A stretch of DNA of 64,000 nucleotides, from contig JAVRCV020000024.1 of assembly GCA_034530615.2 (NCBI GenBank), positions 1 to 64,000 of the forward strand, given 5' to 3'. Both the position numbers and the translations under genes were made by a program. This stretch comes from Aulosira sp. ZfuVER01 (lineage in GTDB: Bacteria > Cyanobacteriota > Cyanobacteriia > Cyanobacteriales > Nostocaceae). This document shows, piece after piece, positions 61,871 to 64,000 of the stretch. Numbering within the stretch: position 1 is the stretch's first letter; every line of letters starts with the position of its first letter. Under the pieces are notes generated by a model. That model made no database searches, was not told the origin of the DNA, and saw nothing but the letters and a program-made list of their open reading frames with translations.

Positions 61871-61904
61871 CCCCTAGCTCAATGATAAATCGCAGCTAGG
61901 GGGA
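61871..61904. terminator. Hairpin downstream of the kinase gene
   Basis: (GATC)CCCTAGCT...AGCTAGGG(GGATC) inverted repeat. Confidence 0.6.
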
Positions 61905-61923
61905 TCTTAATTTTGGGCCTTTG

Positions 61924-63672
61924 TCAACGCCATCCTAATAAACGCAATCCAGGCACGATTAAGTAATAACTGACCCCTAACCAGAAGCTCATCAAAATGC
62001 CCTCACAAGCGAAAAAAACAATGGGCATTAATAATTCATACCATTGGGCAGGGCTAGAAAACTGGAAGACAGTTGGTAAAATGTCTAAGCGGATTGCACC
62101 AGCAAATAACAGTGCAGTGCCCAAAGAAGCAATCACAGCGTAGACTATGTGATGGCTACGCAGTCCTAAACTCAAGGTGAGCAAGAAAACTGCAAACACA
62201 ATTGAAATAACCAAACCTTCATTGCTGTTTCTGGGTATGGTTAATTGCAGAACTAACCAGCCTAAGCTATAGCTGATTGTGCCCATTAGCGATGCTATCA
62301 AAAAGCGTCGGCGCTGGGCAAAACCTCCCGCTACCGTCAACCCCCATGCTGTTCCCAAGCCTGCGGCGGCAAATACTATAATTTCTGCGACTAATACAGT
62401 GTCATTTTCGGGAAACAAGCCAGGTAGCTGACGAAAGATCAGTTCGGCAACCCAATCGCCTAAAATTGTTCGATAGGCCAAAAAGAAACCAATAATTGTA
62501 CCGAGTACAGCACCAGTCCCAGTCAGTATCATTGCCCAAATTGTGATCAGACAGGCGAGTAAGAATTTAGCGATCGCCTTTAAGATCGCTAGAGTAGTTT
62601 TACCTACAGCTTGGGTAAATTTACTTAAAGCTTGTTCTACAGCTTGCATTAGCAGTGTCAATCTGGCTGATGCTTGGCGCTGGCTATTTTGAATGAAAAA
62701 AGATAATCCTTTGTATGGCGAAACTTGAGAGATTTTCGCCAATCGTCTTTGAATGATATTGGCATTAAGGGGACGCGATCGCACATCCTCCTGCACCATA
62801 TCATCTAATAAATCTGCAAACCGGGGATTGACATTCACTCGATCGCGCCATTGCAATAACCCAGTTTGCGAATCTTCCAAGTCTGGCGGATATTTACCCG
62901 TGAGTAATTCAATCATTGTTCGACCGAGGGCATAAAAATCCGCACTCGGCCCGACATGACCGCCGCTAACTTGTTCTGGTGGGCTGTAACCTGAAGAAAA
63001 TAACCGCGTGGAACTCGATTGCAATCGCACTTTGGCATCGCTAAATTGTTTTGCTCCACCAAAATCAATCAATACTAGCTGATTTCCTCCGCTTCCTTGC
63101 CTAATCAACGATAGATTTGCCGAGGAGTTACGTAGCATTAAATTAGAAGGTTTGATATCTCTATGAAGAATCTGGCGTTTGTGCAATTCCTGTAAAATTT
63201 GCACAGCCTGAGTAAACCAGTTCAACACCATCTCTTCTGGACAGCCTTGAGGATAGTTTTTGAGTATTTCCTCTAAAGTCTGTCCATTAATTTTTTCCAT
63301 TACCAAACAAGGTAGTTGCAGTGGCTTGGGATTAGACAAATTTAGTAAAAAATATCCATCAGCATCTACTCTTGGAACACCTGGATGGCGCAAACTACTT
63401 AAAACGGAAGCCTCTTGTTTAAATAAATCCAGTGCTTTTGGTGAATCTTCTACCAAAACTTTCAGCACTTTTTCTGTTAGAGCTTTTTCATCCCAAACTG
63501 TGTAAATTTGGGCAAATCCTCCCGAACCTAGGGGCTGGATTGGCACATAGCGGTTTAACAGCTGTAACGGCGCGCCACAGCTATTGCAAAATTTGTTTCC
63601 CCAAGGTTGAGGATAAGGACGTTGACAATCAGGATTTATGCAGTGAACCGCACTCTGAGTGATGTGGGACAC
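61924..63672 (-). CDS. Ser/Thr kinase with N-terminal 4-Cys motif and multi-TM C-terminus
   Basis: CINPDC..CNSCG, LGSGGFA, HRDIKPSN, DFG. Confidence 0.93.
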   Translation of the reverse strand: MSHITQSAVHCINPDCQRPYPQPWGNKFCNSCGAPLQLLNRYVPIQPLGSGGFAQIYTVWDEKALTEKVLKVLVEDSPKALDLFKQEASVLSSLRHPGVPRVDADGYFLLNLSNPKPLQLPCLVMEKINGQTLEEILKNYPQGCPEEMVLNWFTQAVQILQELHKRQILHRDIKPSNLMLRNSSANLSLIRQGSGGNQLVLIDFGGAKQFSDAKVRLQSSSTRLFSSGYSPPEQVSGGHVGPSADFYALGRTMIELLTGKYPPDLEDSQTGLLQWRDRVNVNPRFADLLDDMVQEDVRSRPLNANIIQRRLAKISQVSPYKGLSFFIQNSQRQASARLTLLMQAVEQALSKFTQAVGKTTLAILKAIAKFLLACLITIWAMILTGTGAVLGTIIGFFLAYRTILGDWVAELIFRQLPGLFPENDTVLVAEIIVFAAAGLGTAWGLTVAGGFAQRRRFLIASLMGTISYSLGWLVLQLTIPRNSNEGLVISIVFAVFLLTLSLGLRSHHIVYAVIASLGTALLFAGAIRLDILPTVFQFSSPAQWYELLMPIVFFACEGILMSFWLGVSYYLIVPGLRLLGWR

Positions 63673-64000
63673 AACCGCTAAAATACAAAGGCTGACTTGA
63701 TTTTAGCGTTTCTTGAGATTTCTGGAGTTTTCAGTCTCGAAGCCACAATAAATTTACCAACTTTTCCAGCTATCTATTTCGTATGCGATCGCCTGCGCCT
63801 GAAGTTTTTCAGTGCAAAAGCCCGGAATACAATTCTTTTGACTTCGGCGCAGCGGTACTAGCCGTTATGTCCATCCCAAATCATCGGGAAAGCATAATCT
63901 GAAAATTCAGGAAAATCTTGTTTCTCATTGCGGCTTTCTTCATCTAGTACTTTGACAACTTTGTTATACATATCTTCTGCTTGTTGCAGAGAATCACCAA

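Overview
This is a chromosomal window from a filamentous, probably heterocyst-forming cyanobacterium (Nostocales-like). The assignment rests on frequent HIP1 octamers (GCGATCGC), heptamer STRR tandem repeats and the gene content. Most of it is housekeeping or ordinary accessory genes: the 5' end of psbD, tRNA-Asn, ycf3, gatC, gatB, argJ, proB, ruvX, pgk, egtD, several Ser/Thr kinases and an NB-ARC/WD40 protein. Five things stand out. (1) Between gatB and argJ there is an unannotated tandem array of four 147-148-bp units. Each unit has its own sigma70-type promoter, a palindrome resembling the HetR box over the -35, a conserved ~50-nt non-coding body and an intrinsic terminator, so it is a candidate multicopy small-RNA system. 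(2) An AT-rich two-gene insert encodes a dynamin-like GTPase and a stand-alone HsdR_N-type nuclease, a candidate anti-phage module. (3) A three-DXCF-GAF photoreceptor MCP is paired with a CheA-like protein that has no kinase domain and has Gln in place of the Hpt His. (4) An orphan adenine methyltransferase is followed by what looks like the stump of a deleted partner gene. (5) A family of ~50-bp structured mobile elements is nested in one another and inserted in frame into a protein-coding gene. All functional calls come from motif recognition by eye; no database searches were run.
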